From Chitinophagales bacterium (lineage in GTDB: Bacteria; Bacteroidota; Bacteroidia; Chitinophagales; Chitinophagaceae), in contig JBBSUB010000001.1 of NCBI GenBank assembly GCA_038235345.1, positions 1-57,289 of the forward strand: a stretch of 57,289 bases of DNA, written 5' to 3'. Made by a program: the position numbers and the translations under genes. Positions 21,278-31,062 of the stretch are shown here, piece by piece. The notes below the pieces were generated by a model, which made no database searches, was not told the DNA's origin, and was given only the letters and a program-made list of their open reading frames with translations. Within the stretch, counting starts at the first letter, position 1; every line of letters begins with the position of its first letter.

Positions 21278-21652
21278 CTAAGTTTCCTTCCTCTTCACCA
21301 ATAAATACCAATCATTTTCCAAAGGAAGATATCCCAGGTCATACACGAAATAATAGATATTACCTTTTTTATTCGTGTAGGTATGTGTTATATATTTAAA
21401 TAAAAATCCTTTTTCCAATAGTCTTTCCTGGTTCGTTTTTGCTATTTCCTCTTCCCCGTTAAAAAAACTTTCCAGGATGCGCCTGTTCCTTCCAAGAGTA
21501 TTATTGATATTTCTTACCAGGTTGTTCGTGTCGGATTTTAAAAGATTATTGTAATTATTCCGGCAAAAATCATTGCAGAATTTCTTGTCAGTCCGGCCTT
21601 TTACCGGTTTTTTGCAGTCGATACAAAGTCTTGGTGATGTTTTGGCTATCAT
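21278..21652 (-). CDS. Uncharacterised basic Zn-ribbon protein (CxxC-x12-CxxxC), candidate DNA-binding regulator
   Basis: CIDCKKPVKGRTDKKFCNDFCRNNYNN followed by a helical Asn/Arg-rich segment. Confidence 0.8.
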   Translation of the reverse strand: MIAKTSPRLCIDCKKPVKGRTDKKFCNDFCRNNYNNLLKSDTNNLVRNINNTLGRNRRILESFFNGEEEIAKTNQERLLEKGFLFKYITHTYTNKKGNIYYFVYDLGYLPLENDWYLLVKRKET

Positions 21653-21696
21653 ATTGAATGATTTAAAAGATATTGGAAGATACGTTTTTATATTTA

Positions 21697-21741
21697 TGTG
21701 TACAACCGTTTACAAACGGTTATACACAACTATAAACGGTT
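21697..21741. promoter_or_regulatory. 32-bp near-perfect palindrome plus extra half-site (putative operator)
   Basis: TGTGTAcAACCGTTT-ac-AAACGGTTaTACACA, then ATAAACGGTT at 21732-21741. Confidence 0.75.
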
Positions 21742-21867
21742 AAATGTGGAATAGGAATAAATCTATAGACATCTTTGAGTTGTTGAAAAATTGACGTATT
21801 CTAAACTCAACACAAAAAATATTTTATACCAGCTCATTCAAAAGTCTTGGGCACAAAACAAAAAATT

Positions 21868-22224
21868 ATGAACGCATTAAAAAACAAAGTACAATTGATC
21901 GGAAATTTAGGAAATGATCCTGAAATTAAAACAATGGAAAATGGCCGGAAAATGGCACGTTTCTCCATCGCAACAAATGAAGGCTATAAGAATTCAAAAG
22001 ACGAATGGGTAGATAATACCCAATGGCACAATCTGACTGCCTGGGGGCCTGTGGCTGAAAATATTGAAAAAAACCTGTTCAAAGGAACCGAAGTATTCAT
22101 TGATGGTAAACTGGTAAATGGACATTACCTGGACAAAGAAGGCAATAAAAAATATTTTACGGAGGTTCAGGTAAATGATTTTTTATTGGTTGGGAAAAGA
22201 AGCCCGGTAATGGCTTCAGAATAG
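21868..22224 (+). CDS. ssb: Single-stranded DNA-binding protein, short form lacking the acidic C-terminal tail
   Basis: NKVQLIGNLGNDPE, FSIATNE, TQWHNL, KGTEVFIDGKL OB-fold motifs; ends without DDLPF. Confidence 0.92.
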   Translation: MNALKNKVQLIGNLGNDPEIKTMENGRKMARFSIATNEGYKNSKDEWVDNTQWHNLTAWGPVAENIEKNLFKGTEVFIDGKLVNGHYLDKEGNKKYFTEVQVNDFLLVGKRSPVMASE

Positions 22225-22279
22225 ATCATGCAGGCATTTTGGTCTCAATTCATCATTCCCTGTTAACAAAAGTCTTTCT

Positions 22280-22307
22280 AATAAAGGCGGGCAGGTCCGC
22301 CTTTATT
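22280..22307. terminator. Intrinsic terminator after ssb
   Basis: aataaaGGCGG-gcaggt-CCGCCtttatt. Confidence 0.75.
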
Positions 22308-22569
22308 TCCACCATCTTATCCGTTACTTTAAAATATTGGAGTAATTTTAGAAAAACTTATTCGCGGCCACTTTGTATACGGATAATTTCTGGTCAACCT
22401 ATAAATTAAATCCCTTGCTCCAAAGTGGTATAGAGAGTAACTTTGGAGCAAACTAAAAAGCATCATCTAATTATTTTCCAGGTATTCTTTAAGCTGGAAA
22501 ATATCCTGATTTTGTAAAGAAATTGAAATCTTAGCAGAAATATTTTAGCCATCAGTAGAATTGATAAAA

Positions 22570-25056
22570 ATGGAAATCATGGAGAATTTTTTTACCATAG
22601 AGCGCAATGAGGTGTTTGATCTCGCTTACAGGTTTGTAACAGAAACGAGTGAGAATATCTTTTTGACCGGGAAGGCCGGGACAGGAAAAACAACTTTCTT
22701 AAAATTTCTGAAAGATCATTGTGCAAAAAATATCATCGTTGCTGCGCCTACTGGCGTAGCGGCTATTAATGCTGGCGGCGTTACATTACACAGTTTATTC
22801 CAGTTGCCCTTTCATCCATTTATTCCTACGGCAAGAAGCAAAGAAGATTTGTTGAGTAAATTGAAATACAACGGGCAACGACAACAACTCCTACGGAAAA
22901 TGGAATTATTGGTTATTGATGAGATAAGTATGGTGCGCTGCGATGTTATAGATGCAATTGATACTATTTTGCGGTCGGTACGCCGGAAACACGATCTTCC
23001 ATTTGGAGGAGTACAGTTGCTTTGCATTGGAGATTTATACCAGTTACCCCCTGTTGCTCCGAGGAATGATTGGGGCATCTTGCAAGAATATTATCCATCG
23101 CCTTTCTTCTTTGATAGTTATGTTATCAAGGAACAAATGCCCTTACTGATTGAGCTTACAACTATTTATCGGCAAAAGGAACATTCTTTTGTGAATCTGC
23201 TGAACAAAGTGCGTAATAACTTTATGGATGCAGATGATTTTGAAGATTTGCATATGCGGTATTTCCCGGATTTCAGACCGGATGAAGAAGAGAAGTTTAT
23301 AACTCTTACCTCCCATAATAACCAGGCGGATCAAATCAACGCCCGTGAATTACATAAGTTAATTGCACCTTCCACAATTTATAAAGCAGTTATAGATGGA
23401 GAATTTGCAGAAAATAATTATCCGGCAGAAGGAGAATTAGTTTTGAAGGTGGGTGCCCAGGTTATGTTCCTTAAAAATGATGTTGTTAGTAAAAGGTATT
23501 TTAACGGAAAAATAGGCGTGGTAAAGCAATTATTAAAGGATGAAATTATCGTTGATTGTGATGGCGAAGATATCTACGTAATGCCGGAAACCTGGGAAAA
23601 CAATCGTTATGTCCTAAACAGGGAAGACGGAAAACTGGAACAGGAAAACCTGGGATCATTTACTCAGTTCCCTTTACGGCTTGCCTGGGCTATCACGATT
23701 CACAAAAGCCAGGGATTAACTTTTGAGCGTGTAATGATCGATGCCGGTGCGGCCTTTAGCAGCGGACAGGTATATGTTGCCTTAAGTCGTTGTACAAGCC
23801 TGGAAGGAATTGTGTTGCTTTCAAAAATCCCGGCAGCAGCCATATATAGTAATGAAAATGTGGTAAAAGGTCAGCAATCGCTGACACATAAAGGATCACT
23901 GGCCGAACGATTTGCCGGGGCAAGGCAAATATTTACGCAGCAACTTTTAGAAGAAATATTTTCTTTTAAAGAGGTTAGCCACCTTGCCCAATTATTACAA
24001 TCTCAGGTAAAGGCGCATCAATATAAATTAAATACGGAAGCCGTAGAATGGGCAACGAACTTAAATAATAGCCTTATAACAGATGAACGGGTCGGATTAA
24101 AGTTCTCCTTTCAGATTGCAGAATTAATGCGTGATGAACCTGAAATTGAAAAGAATGAAGCATTACAATTGCGCATTAATGCTGCTGCCAGCCATTTTGA
24201 ACCAAAATTCACAAACTATTTCAAAGCAATTAAAAATCATCCATTGGTTACGGAACATCGGGAAGTAGCCACAGAGATCAATAATACCTTAGCTCAATTA
24301 ATTCTTTCTGTTTATACCGTCAATTATTTTCTGGATTATTGTAAAGAACTGTTTTCGGTTACAGAATTTTTGAAACATAAATTAAAATTTGCTACTCCAA
24401 GAATAAATATAACCTGCTATGCCAGTGGAAAAAGCCAGGTGTATTCTGATGTGGCCAATGGGGAATTATACGAAACCCTCAAACGTTGGCGCGATATGAT
24501 TGTGGAGGAGAATTCAATTCCGATTTTTATGGTTGCTTCCCATGCATCTCTGAAAGAAATTGCGGAATACCTTCCTCTGACTAAAAAAGATCTGATGAAG
24601 ATCGGTGGGTTTGGAAAAGCAAAAGCGGATAAATACGGAGATGATATTTTAGAGACAGTACAGGATTATTGTGCCAGGCATGAATTGGGAAGTAATATAT
24701 CTGCGAAAGAATCTTCTCCAAAAAAAGAACGGAAAGAAAAATCTTTGGAAGAAAAAACACCGACCAATATTTTTTCTTTCAATTTATTTAAAGAAGGAAA
24801 ATCTGTCGCAGAAATTGCTAAAGAAAGGAATCTTGCGATTACAACTGTCGAAGGACATTTATCATGGTTTGTTGGAAATGGTGATGTTGATATAAACGAA
24901 TTAGTTTCTTCGGAAAAACAATTATTGATAAAAGAGGCGATTTCAATTAATGGCCGATCAAGTACAAAAACTTTAAAAGATCATCTTCCGGAAGATGTTA
25001 GTTATGGAGAAATAAGAATGGTGATGGCTCTTGAACAGGACGGGGCGAAACCATAA
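22570..25056 (+). CDS. PIF1/RecD-like SF1 helicase with HRDC and C-terminal HTH domains
   Basis: GKAGTGKT, APTGVAA, IDEISMV, GDLYQLPP, HKSQGLT, YVALSR; HRDC LKRWR...KIGGFGKAK..KYG; HTH SVAEIAKERNLAITTVEGHL. Confidence 0.92.
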   Translation: MEIMENFFTIERNEVFDLAYRFVTETSENIFLTGKAGTGKTTFLKFLKDHCAKNIIVAAPTGVAAINAGGVTLHSLFQLPFHPFIPTARSKEDLLSKLKYNGQRQQLLRKMELLVIDEISMVRCDVIDAIDTILRSVRRKHDLPFGGVQLLCIGDLYQLPPVAPRNDWGILQEYYPSPFFFDSYVIKEQMPLLIELTTIYRQKEHSFVNLLNKVRNNFMDADDFEDLHMRYFPDFRPDEEEKFITLTSHNNQADQINARELHKLIAPSTIYKAVIDGEFAENNYPAEGELVLKVGAQVMFLKNDVVSKRYFNGKIGVVKQLLKDEIIVDCDGEDIYVMPETWENNRYVLNREDGKLEQENLGSFTQFPLRLAWAITIHKSQGLTFERVMIDAGAAFSSGQVYVALSRCTSLEGIVLLSKIPAAAIYSNENVVKGQQSLTHKGSLAERFAGARQIFTQQLLEEIFSFKEVSHLAQLLQSQVKAHQYKLNTEAVEWATNLNNSLITDERVGLKFSFQIAELMRDEPEIEKNEALQLRINAAASHFEPKFTNYFKAIKNHPLVTEHREVATEINNTLAQLILSVYTVNYFLDYCKELFSVTEFLKHKLKFATPRINITCYASGKSQVYSDVANGELYETLKRWRDMIVEENSIPIFMVASHASLKEIAEYLPLTKKDLMKIGGFGKAKADKYGDDILETVQDYCARHELGSNISAKESSPKKERKEKSLEEKTPTNIFSFNLFKEGKSVAEIAKERNLAITTVEGHLSWFVGNGDVDINELVSSEKQLLIKEAISINGRSSTKTLKDHLPEDVSYGEIRMVMALEQDGAKP

Positions 25057-25233
25057 ACTTCAAACCATAATAACGGGGTTTTTAAAGTTAAACCGGAACT
25101 TCCAGACCAACATTCAGATCTTTTCTTCAATTTCTTCAATGAATAAAGTTATCAGCACGGAAGTTTTTATGAAGGAACAAAGATTTATAATGCTCTTTTA
25201 TAACAAAGCCCTTTTTGAATAAATCATTTAAAC

Positions 25234-25676
25234 ATGAAAAAAGGGATCGTTTATATTTTTGTCTTATCCCTGCTAATAAGCAGTTTTTCTACTTCTGCTC
25301 AGGAAAGTGTTGTTTCAGAAAGTGAATAACCTTTTAGCATCCGGGAATACATTGCCACTCACTTTAAAGGAAATAAAATTATCAAATGCGAAGAGGAAAA
25401 AGAAGAAAGTGCCAAATCATACGAAATAAAATTGGATCATGGTATTAAACTTGAATTCAATACAAAAAACCAAATAAAAGAGATCAATACAAAAAACCAA
25501 ATTGCCGGTTAGTGTTATTCCTCCGTCTATTCTTTTCTTTCTTATGTAAATGCACCCATTCTGGCAAAGTGATTTTGGAATGGGTGCTGGAAAGTAAAAA
25601 CCAACAAGTGAAACTCCACAACGGACTGGAATTGGAATTCAAAATAAGTGAAAGGTTTTTAAAAATAGGCGAATAA
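25234..25676 (+). pseudogene. Disrupted PepSY-like/DUF2874 (BLIP-like) secreted protein
   Basis: Reads MKKGIVYIFVLSLLISSFSTSAQESVVSESE*PFSIREYIATHF...YEIKLDHGIKLEFN, then frameshifted LPVSVIPPSIL and QQVKLHNGLELEFK; premature TAA plus frameshifts. Confidence 0.8.
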
Positions 25677-25697
25677 TAAATCCCAAAATCTATTGGG

Positions 25698-26042
25698 TTA
25701 CCTTCTGCCTTTTACTTTCATTAATACAGCCATCATATCACCGTTTTTTAGAACGTCTTTTTTATTGTTCCAGGCCACCATCGCCTCTTCAAGGCCTTTA
25801 TTAAGATCTAATACATTTTTTTTCCTGTTTATATTCAGGCGACAGTTATTCACTGTTTCTTCATAAATTAAAACAGACTTATCTGTGTAGAATCGAATAA
25901 TAGTACTTTTCTTGTTGTGAACATTACTTTCCAATACCCAGAAACCTTCTGCCGGAATAACGTTTTTCTTTTGAGCATTTATGGAGCTGCTTATCAATAA
26001 GAATGTGCAGACTGCAATAATGAATTTGAGAGAATTTTTCAT
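25698..26042 (-). CDS. Small secreted hypothetical protein
   Basis: Signal peptide ending INA-Q; GFWVLESN and IRFY motifs; divergent from the lytS/lytTR pair. Confidence 0.75.
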   Translation of the reverse strand: MKNSLKFIIAVCTFLLISSSINAQKKNVIPAEGFWVLESNVHNKKSTIIRFYTDKSVLIYEETVNNCRLNINRKKNVLDLNKGLEEAMVAWNNKKDVLKNGDMMAVLMKVKGRR

Positions 26043-26276
26043 CGTTTATAGTTTAAAAGAGTTTACATTTAATATAGAAATCTAAAATTAGTATCAAATA
26101 AAATCCGACGGTAAAACAATAGTCCAAAAGAGCTTTGCGATCTACAGAAACTCAATATTTTGCGTATTATAGATATTGAGCGGTTTTCAGGCTATTCATC
26201 TTCTAAATCATTGTTTTCGTCGACCGAATATTGAAAACAATAGAAGGCTTTTTAATTTTGTAATACAAAAGTCAAA

Positions 26277-27392
26277 ATGCAGCCACTTTCAACGCAAAAT
26301 TTCCTGGATTGGTTTTTAAAACAAAGAATTCTGCTTCACGTATTATTCTGGACGGTGGTGTTAATTTATTTTGTTCTGGCTTACGAGCAAAACGGTCAGT
26401 TTAAATTAGAATTATACAGATCAATGGCATTTCTTCCAAATCACATGTGGCTTGCATATAGTTTTATGTATTTTCTTATTCCAAGATTTCTTTTAAAGAA
26501 TAAAATTTTAATATTCTTCGGGTGTGCACTTCTGCTCATTGGTGTCAATATGTATTTTTCTTACCTCATCAATTTTAAATTTCTTGCATCAGTATTTATA
26601 CAGAAAAAAACCTGGTGGACGCTGGGTGGAGCATTGTTGGGCTGCCTGACTATTCTTGGCATAGCGGTTTCAATAAAATTATTAAGATATTGGGCAAAGG
26701 AGAAAAGGCAAAATATATTGGTACAACAGGAAAAGACAAATGCTGAATTGCAGATGCTTAAATCACAGGTGCATCCACATTTTCTTTTTAATACGCTGAA
26801 TAATATATATTCACTTTCCCTTGAGAAATCCAATCTGGCACCCGTCATCATTCTAAAATTATCAGACCTGCTGAGATATATGTTATACGAATGTAACGCC
26901 CCAATGGTCTCTCTAAGTAAGGAATTAGAAATGATGAACCATTATGTAGATCTGGAAAAATTAAGATATGGAGACAGGCTGGATGTGAGTAAAAGTTATT
27001 CCGGTGAAATAGAAGGTAAATTGATACCACCTCTATTATTCCTGCCATTATTAGAAAATTGTTTTAAGCATGGAACCAGTAAACAGATTGATCAAAGCTG
27101 GATAAGTATATATCTTCATGTGGAAGACGATATTTTAAACTTAAAATTGATTAATAGTAAGGTGAAAGATGAAAACCTTCCTATTGTGCCCGGAGGTATT
27201 GGATTGCATAACGTGGAAAAAAGGCTGCAACTTTTGTACGGCGAAAAATACAATTTGAAATTATCGCCTGCTGAAGAAACGTTCACTCTTTCTCTTACGA
27301 TGCCTATAAATGACCAGTATGGAGCGACAAACATGGAATGGACAAATGTAAAATCTGGAAAATATGAACATCAAATGCCTGTTAGTGGATGA
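26277..27392 (+). CDS. LytS/YehU-family sensor histidine kinase
   Basis: 4 TM helices, LKSQVHPHFLFNTLNNIY, ENCFKHG, GGIGLHNV. Confidence 0.94.
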   Translation: MQPLSTQNFLDWFLKQRILLHVLFWTVVLIYFVLAYEQNGQFKLELYRSMAFLPNHMWLAYSFMYFLIPRFLLKNKILIFFGCALLLIGVNMYFSYLINFKFLASVFIQKKTWWTLGGALLGCLTILGIAVSIKLLRYWAKEKRQNILVQQEKTNAELQMLKSQVHPHFLFNTLNNIYSLSLEKSNLAPVIILKLSDLLRYMLYECNAPMVSLSKELEMMNHYVDLEKLRYGDRLDVSKSYSGEIEGKLIPPLLFLPLLENCFKHGTSKQIDQSWISIYLHVEDDILNLKLINSKVKDENLPIVPGGIGLHNVEKRLQLLYGEKYNLKLSPAEETFTLSLTMPINDQYGATNMEWTNVKSGKYEHQMPVSG

Positions 27393-28068
27393 TGAACCTC
27401 CCGCCTTAAAGATTTTGGAACATTATATTGAAAGTATTCCCAATCTTGAGTTAGCTGGAAAATGCTCAAATGCTTTTGAGGCTATGAAAGTACTCAGTGA
27501 GCAAAATGTGGATGTAATGCTATTAGATATTAGAATGCCTTTACTTCTCGGTACGGAATTTCTAAGGACGCTTAAAAATCCTCCAAAAGTGATTTTTACG
27601 ACTGCGCACAAAGATTATGCATTACAAGGATTTGAGCTGGAAGCAGTTGATTATTTATTAAAACCCATTTCATTAGAAAGATTTTTGAAGGCCATTGGAA
27701 AATTGTTTATAATGCCGGTGCCTTTCCCTGTTAAGGAGGAGGAAGGCCGTACAGGGAATGATTTTCTTTTTTTCAGGGTGGACCGGAAAATGGTGAAAGT
27801 AGTTTTGGAAGAAATATTGTTTGTAGAAAGTTTAAAAGACTACATTAAAATAGTACAAAGAAGTCAAAAGACTCTTTTGGTAAAGCAATCCATAAGTTCT
27901 TTAGAAGTTATGCTTCCCGAAAACCGTTTTGTTCGGATTCACAGGTCTTTTATTGTTTCAATAAATAAATTGACAGCTTTTACAAATCATGAAGTGGAAA
28001 TTGGTGAGTTAACCATTCCTATAGGAAAAAACTATTTGGATAGGATAAGCAGATTATCCGGTATCTGA
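27364..28068 (+). CDS. LytTR-family response regulator
   Basis: LVDDEP, LLDIRMP, FTTAH, DYLLKP receiver motifs; FVRIHRSFIV LytTR motif. Confidence 0.95.
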   Translation: MNIKCLLVDDEPPALKILEHYIESIPNLELAGKCSNAFEAMKVLSEQNVDVMLLDIRMPLLLGTEFLRTLKNPPKVIFTTAHKDYALQGFELEAVDYLLKPISLERFLKAIGKLFIMPVPFPVKEEEGRTGNDFLFFRVDRKMVKVVLEEILFVESLKDYIKIVQRSQKTLLVKQSISSLEVMLPENRFVRIHRSFIVSINKLTAFTNHEVEIGELTIPIGKNYLDRISRLSGI

Positions 28069-28236
28069 TTATGATTTTAGGTAAAGCATTTAAAATCAAG
28101 AAAATAATGTCAGGTCATAAGGAATTTTGATGAGGGAAAGAAGATCGAATTATTTAAGCTTAAACCTTCGAAATTGGGCCCTGAATATTTGGCTATTTTT
28201 TTTTAAAAAATAATTGTTATAACAAATTCTTTCACT

Positions 28237-28327
28237 ACTTTTGCACTCCCAAAAAAGTTCTTAAAGGAATTCATTTGATTGGGAGTCCCGAGCATGTCGA
28301 CGGACGTTAACACCAAAAATTTAAATT
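28237..28327 (+). promoter_or_regulatory. rplK promoter (-7 TACTTTTG) and 5' leader, possible L1 autoregulatory site
   Basis: TAnnTTTG match; leader contains ctcccaa...ttgggag pairing and a gtcc..ggac stem. Confidence 0.5.
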
Positions 28328-28771
28328 ATGGCAAAAGAAGCAACAGGCTTTGTCAAGCTCCAGGTTAAAGGAGGACAAGCCAATCCAGCACCTCCGGTAG
28401 GTCCTGCACTCGGTTCAAAAGGAATCAACATCATGGAGTTCTGTAAGCAGTTTAATGCAAGAACCCAGGATAAACAAGGGAAAATTCTTCCCGTTCTCAT
28501 TACAGTTTATGGCGATAAATCATTTGATTTTGTCATCAAGACACCTCCTGCTGCAGTTCAGTTAAAAGAAGCTGCTAAAATTAAGGCGGGTAGTAAAGAG
28601 CCTAACAGAGATAAAGTGGGGAAGGTATCATGGGCTCAGGTTGAGGAAATCGCCCAGGATAAAATGGAAGACCTGAATGCGTTCAGCAAAGAAAGCGCTA
28701 TGAAAATGGTTGCAGGTACAGCACGCAGTATGGGTATTTCTGTAACCGGAAAAGCTCCTTGGGATAACTAA
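28328..28771 (+). CDS. rplK: 50S ribosomal protein L11
   Basis: [33 protein letters not shown]. Confidence 0.99.
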   Translation: MAKEATGFVKLQVKGGQANPAPPVGPALGSKGINIMEFCKQFNARTQDKQGKILPVLITVYGDKSFDFVIKTPPAAVQLKEAAKIKAGSKEPNRDKVGKVSWAQVEEIAQDKMEDLNAFSKESAMKMVAGTARSMGISVTGKAPWDN

Positions 28772-28830
28772 ATTGTAAATGATTCCCCTTTCCGGTTACA
28801 ATCGGAATCAGGGATTAAACTTTTGAACAA

Positions 28831-29520
28831 ATGATTACTAAAAAAAGAAAAGAAGCCAACGCTAAGGTGGACGCTAAAAAAGCATATTCATTACAAGAAG
28901 CTTCTGCGCTGGTAAAAGAAATAAATACTACAAAATTTGATAGTTCTGTAGATATTCACATCCGTTTGGGTGTTGATCCAAAAAAAGCAGATCAGGCAGT
29001 TCGTGGAACTGTTTCTCTTCCTCATGGTACGGGTAAAACAAAAAAAGTGTTAGTGCTTTGTACTCCTGATAAAGAACAGGCTGCAAAAGATGCAGGTGCT
29101 GATTTTGTAGGTTTGGACGAATATATTTCCAAAATTGAAAGTGGCTGGACAGATATTGATGTGATTATTGCAACTCCATCTGTTATGCCTAAAATAGGAC
29201 GTTTAGGTAAAGTTCTTGGACCAAGAAACCTGATGCCGAATCCTAAAACAGGAACAGTAACAAATGATGTGGCTGCTGCTGTAAATGATGTTAAAGGTGG
29301 TAAAATCGCTTTTAAAGTAGATAAAGTGGGTATTGTTCACGCATCAATTGGCCGCGTAAGTTTTTCTCCGGAAAAAATTGAGCAAAACGCCCAGGAATTA
29401 ATTACCGCTCTGGTAAAATTAAAGCCTGCAACCTCTAAAGGTGTTTACCTGAAAGGTCTTACTATGGCAAGTACAATGAGCCCGGGTTTGATGATAGACA
29501 CCAAATCTGTAAAGTCCTAA
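28831..29520 (+). CDS. rplA: 50S ribosomal protein L1
   Basis: [35 protein letters not shown]. Confidence 0.99.
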   Translation: MITKKRKEANAKVDAKKAYSLQEASALVKEINTTKFDSSVDIHIRLGVDPKKADQAVRGTVSLPHGTGKTKKVLVLCTPDKEQAAKDAGADFVGLDEYISKIESGWTDIDVIIATPSVMPKIGRLGKVLGPRNLMPNPKTGTVTNDVAAAVNDVKGGKIAFKVDKVGIVHASIGRVSFSPEKIEQNAQELITALVKLKPATSKGVYLKGLTMASTMSPGLMIDTKSVKS

Positions 29521-29572
29521 TTAAATTTATTTGCTTCGGTTTATTTAACCCATGAGCAGCAAAATCAATAGT

Positions 29573-30232
29573 ATGAACAAAGAACAAAAACAAGAAGTTA
29601 TAGAAGCACTGAAAGAGAAATTTTCTCAGTATTCTAATTTTTATATCACCAATACAGAAAGCCTGAGCGTAGCGCAGATAAATAAATTGCGTAAGCATTG
29701 TTTCGACAAGCAGGTAGAAATGAAGGTGGCCAAGAATACCCTTATTAAAAAAGCATTAGAAAGCCTGGACAGCGAAAAATACTCAGGTGTTTACGATTCA
29801 TTACATAGCGTAACTGCGCTGATGTTCAGTGAAAGTCCAAAAGACCCTGCTGTTATCATTAGCAGCTTCAGAAAAGAAGCAAGAGGTGAAAAGCCTGTTT
29901 TAAAAGCAGCCTTTTTAAACGGGGATATTTTTGTAGGCGATAACCAATTAGTTAACCTTACCAAAATCAAGACTAAGAATGAATTGATCGGTGAAGTAAT
30001 CGGATTGTTGATGTCTCCTATCCAAAGAGTTATCGGTGCATTGCAAAACAGGCAAGAAAGTGAAGCAGCTTCCGAAGTAAAAGAAGAAACGGCAGCTCCT
30101 GTTGCTGAAGAAACTCCACAAGTAGAAGAAGCTCCAGCTGCTGAATCAAAAACTGAAGAAGCTCCTCAATCCGAAGTGAAAACTGAAGAAATCCCGGAAG
30201 CGGACAAACCAGCTGAACCTACAGCAGAATAA
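29573..30232 (+). CDS. rplJ: 50S ribosomal protein L10 with acidic C-terminal extension
   Basis: LSVAQINKLRK, KVAKNTL, KNELIGEVIGLL; between rplA and rplL (alternative start 29552). Confidence 0.96.
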   Translation: MNKEQKQEVIEALKEKFSQYSNFYITNTESLSVAQINKLRKHCFDKQVEMKVAKNTLIKKALESLDSEKYSGVYDSLHSVTALMFSESPKDPAVIISSFRKEARGEKPVLKAAFLNGDIFVGDNQLVNLTKIKTKNELIGEVIGLLMSPIQRVIGALQNRQESEAASEVKEETAAPVAEETPQVEEAPAAESKTEEAPQSEVKTEEIPEADKPAEPTAE

Positions 30233-30346
30233 TGTATTTATTTGGCAATAGCCAATAAAAATAGACACAAATTTTTTTAAAACTACTCCGCCGGATCCCG
30301 ATAATCATCTGGAAAAGAAGGGGGAAAAAATTAAAACACAAAAATC

Positions 30347-30718
30347 ATGGCAGACGTAAAATCATTAGCTGAAAGCTTAGTAGGCTTAACAGTAAAAGAA
30401 GTTCAGGAATTAGCTGATTTCTTAAAAACAGAATATGGTATCGAACCAGCAGCAGCAACTGTCGTTGCAAGTGCAGATGGCGGTGGTGCTGAAGCAGCAG
30501 AAGAAAAAACATCTTTTGATGTTATCTTGAAAGCAGCAGGTCCAAGCAAATTAGCAGTTGTTAAATTGGTAAAAGAATTGACCGGTTTAGGATTGAAAGA
30601 GTCTAAAGACTTAGTAGATACAGCTCCAAAGCCAGTTAAAGAAGGTGTAGATAAAGCTACAGCGGAAGATATAAAAGCAAGATTGACTGAAGCTGGTGCT
30701 GATGTTGAAATCGCTTAA
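30347..30718 (+). CDS. rplL: 50S ribosomal protein L7/L12
   Basis: [34 protein letters not shown]. Confidence 0.99.
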   Translation: MADVKSLAESLVGLTVKEVQELADFLKTEYGIEPAAATVVASADGGGAEAAEEKTSFDVILKAAGPSKLAVVKLVKELTGLGLKESKDLVDTAPKPVKEGVDKATAEDIKARLTEAGADVEIA

Positions 30719-30739
30719 TTTTCTCTTAGAATATTTAGG

Positions 30740-30770
30740 AGCCGTGAGATTTAATCTCACGGCTTTTTTT
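30740..30770 (+). terminator. Intrinsic terminator after rplL
   Basis: AGCCGTGAGAT-tta-ATCTCACGGCT-tttttt. Confidence 0.9.
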
Positions 30771-30922
30771 GTGCCTTAAAGTTTCAGTTAATTCAAGTGT
30801 TTTATAATGGAATATTATGCATCTAATTTCATTAAACTAAACGACTGTTAAATCGACAGTATATCGGAAAGTCTGGAATATTAAATATGTTATTGAAATG
30901 CAGGGGAATCTTTAAATATCAG

Positions 30923-30936
30923 CGCAATCGTTTGCA
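30923..30936. promoter_or_regulatory. LacI-family-like operator upstream of susC
   Basis: cGCAAtCGtTTGCa: central CG palindrome typical of LacI/GalR operators, shortly upstream of a TAcaTTTa -7-like box at 30961. Confidence 0.55.
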
Positions 30937-31062
30937 TAAAAATTTATTAAAAAACTCCGCTACATTTAATTAAGATTATGTTAAACCATTCTTTAAATTT
31001 TTTGAATAAATAAAGTACTGGAAAGGACATTAATAATTCTCCAAAAAAAATAAAAACAGATT

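Noticed and set aside
26043-26276. LytTR direct-repeat binding sites between the divergent genes
   Set aside because: Only weak cgac/ctac-like matches with inconsistent spacing
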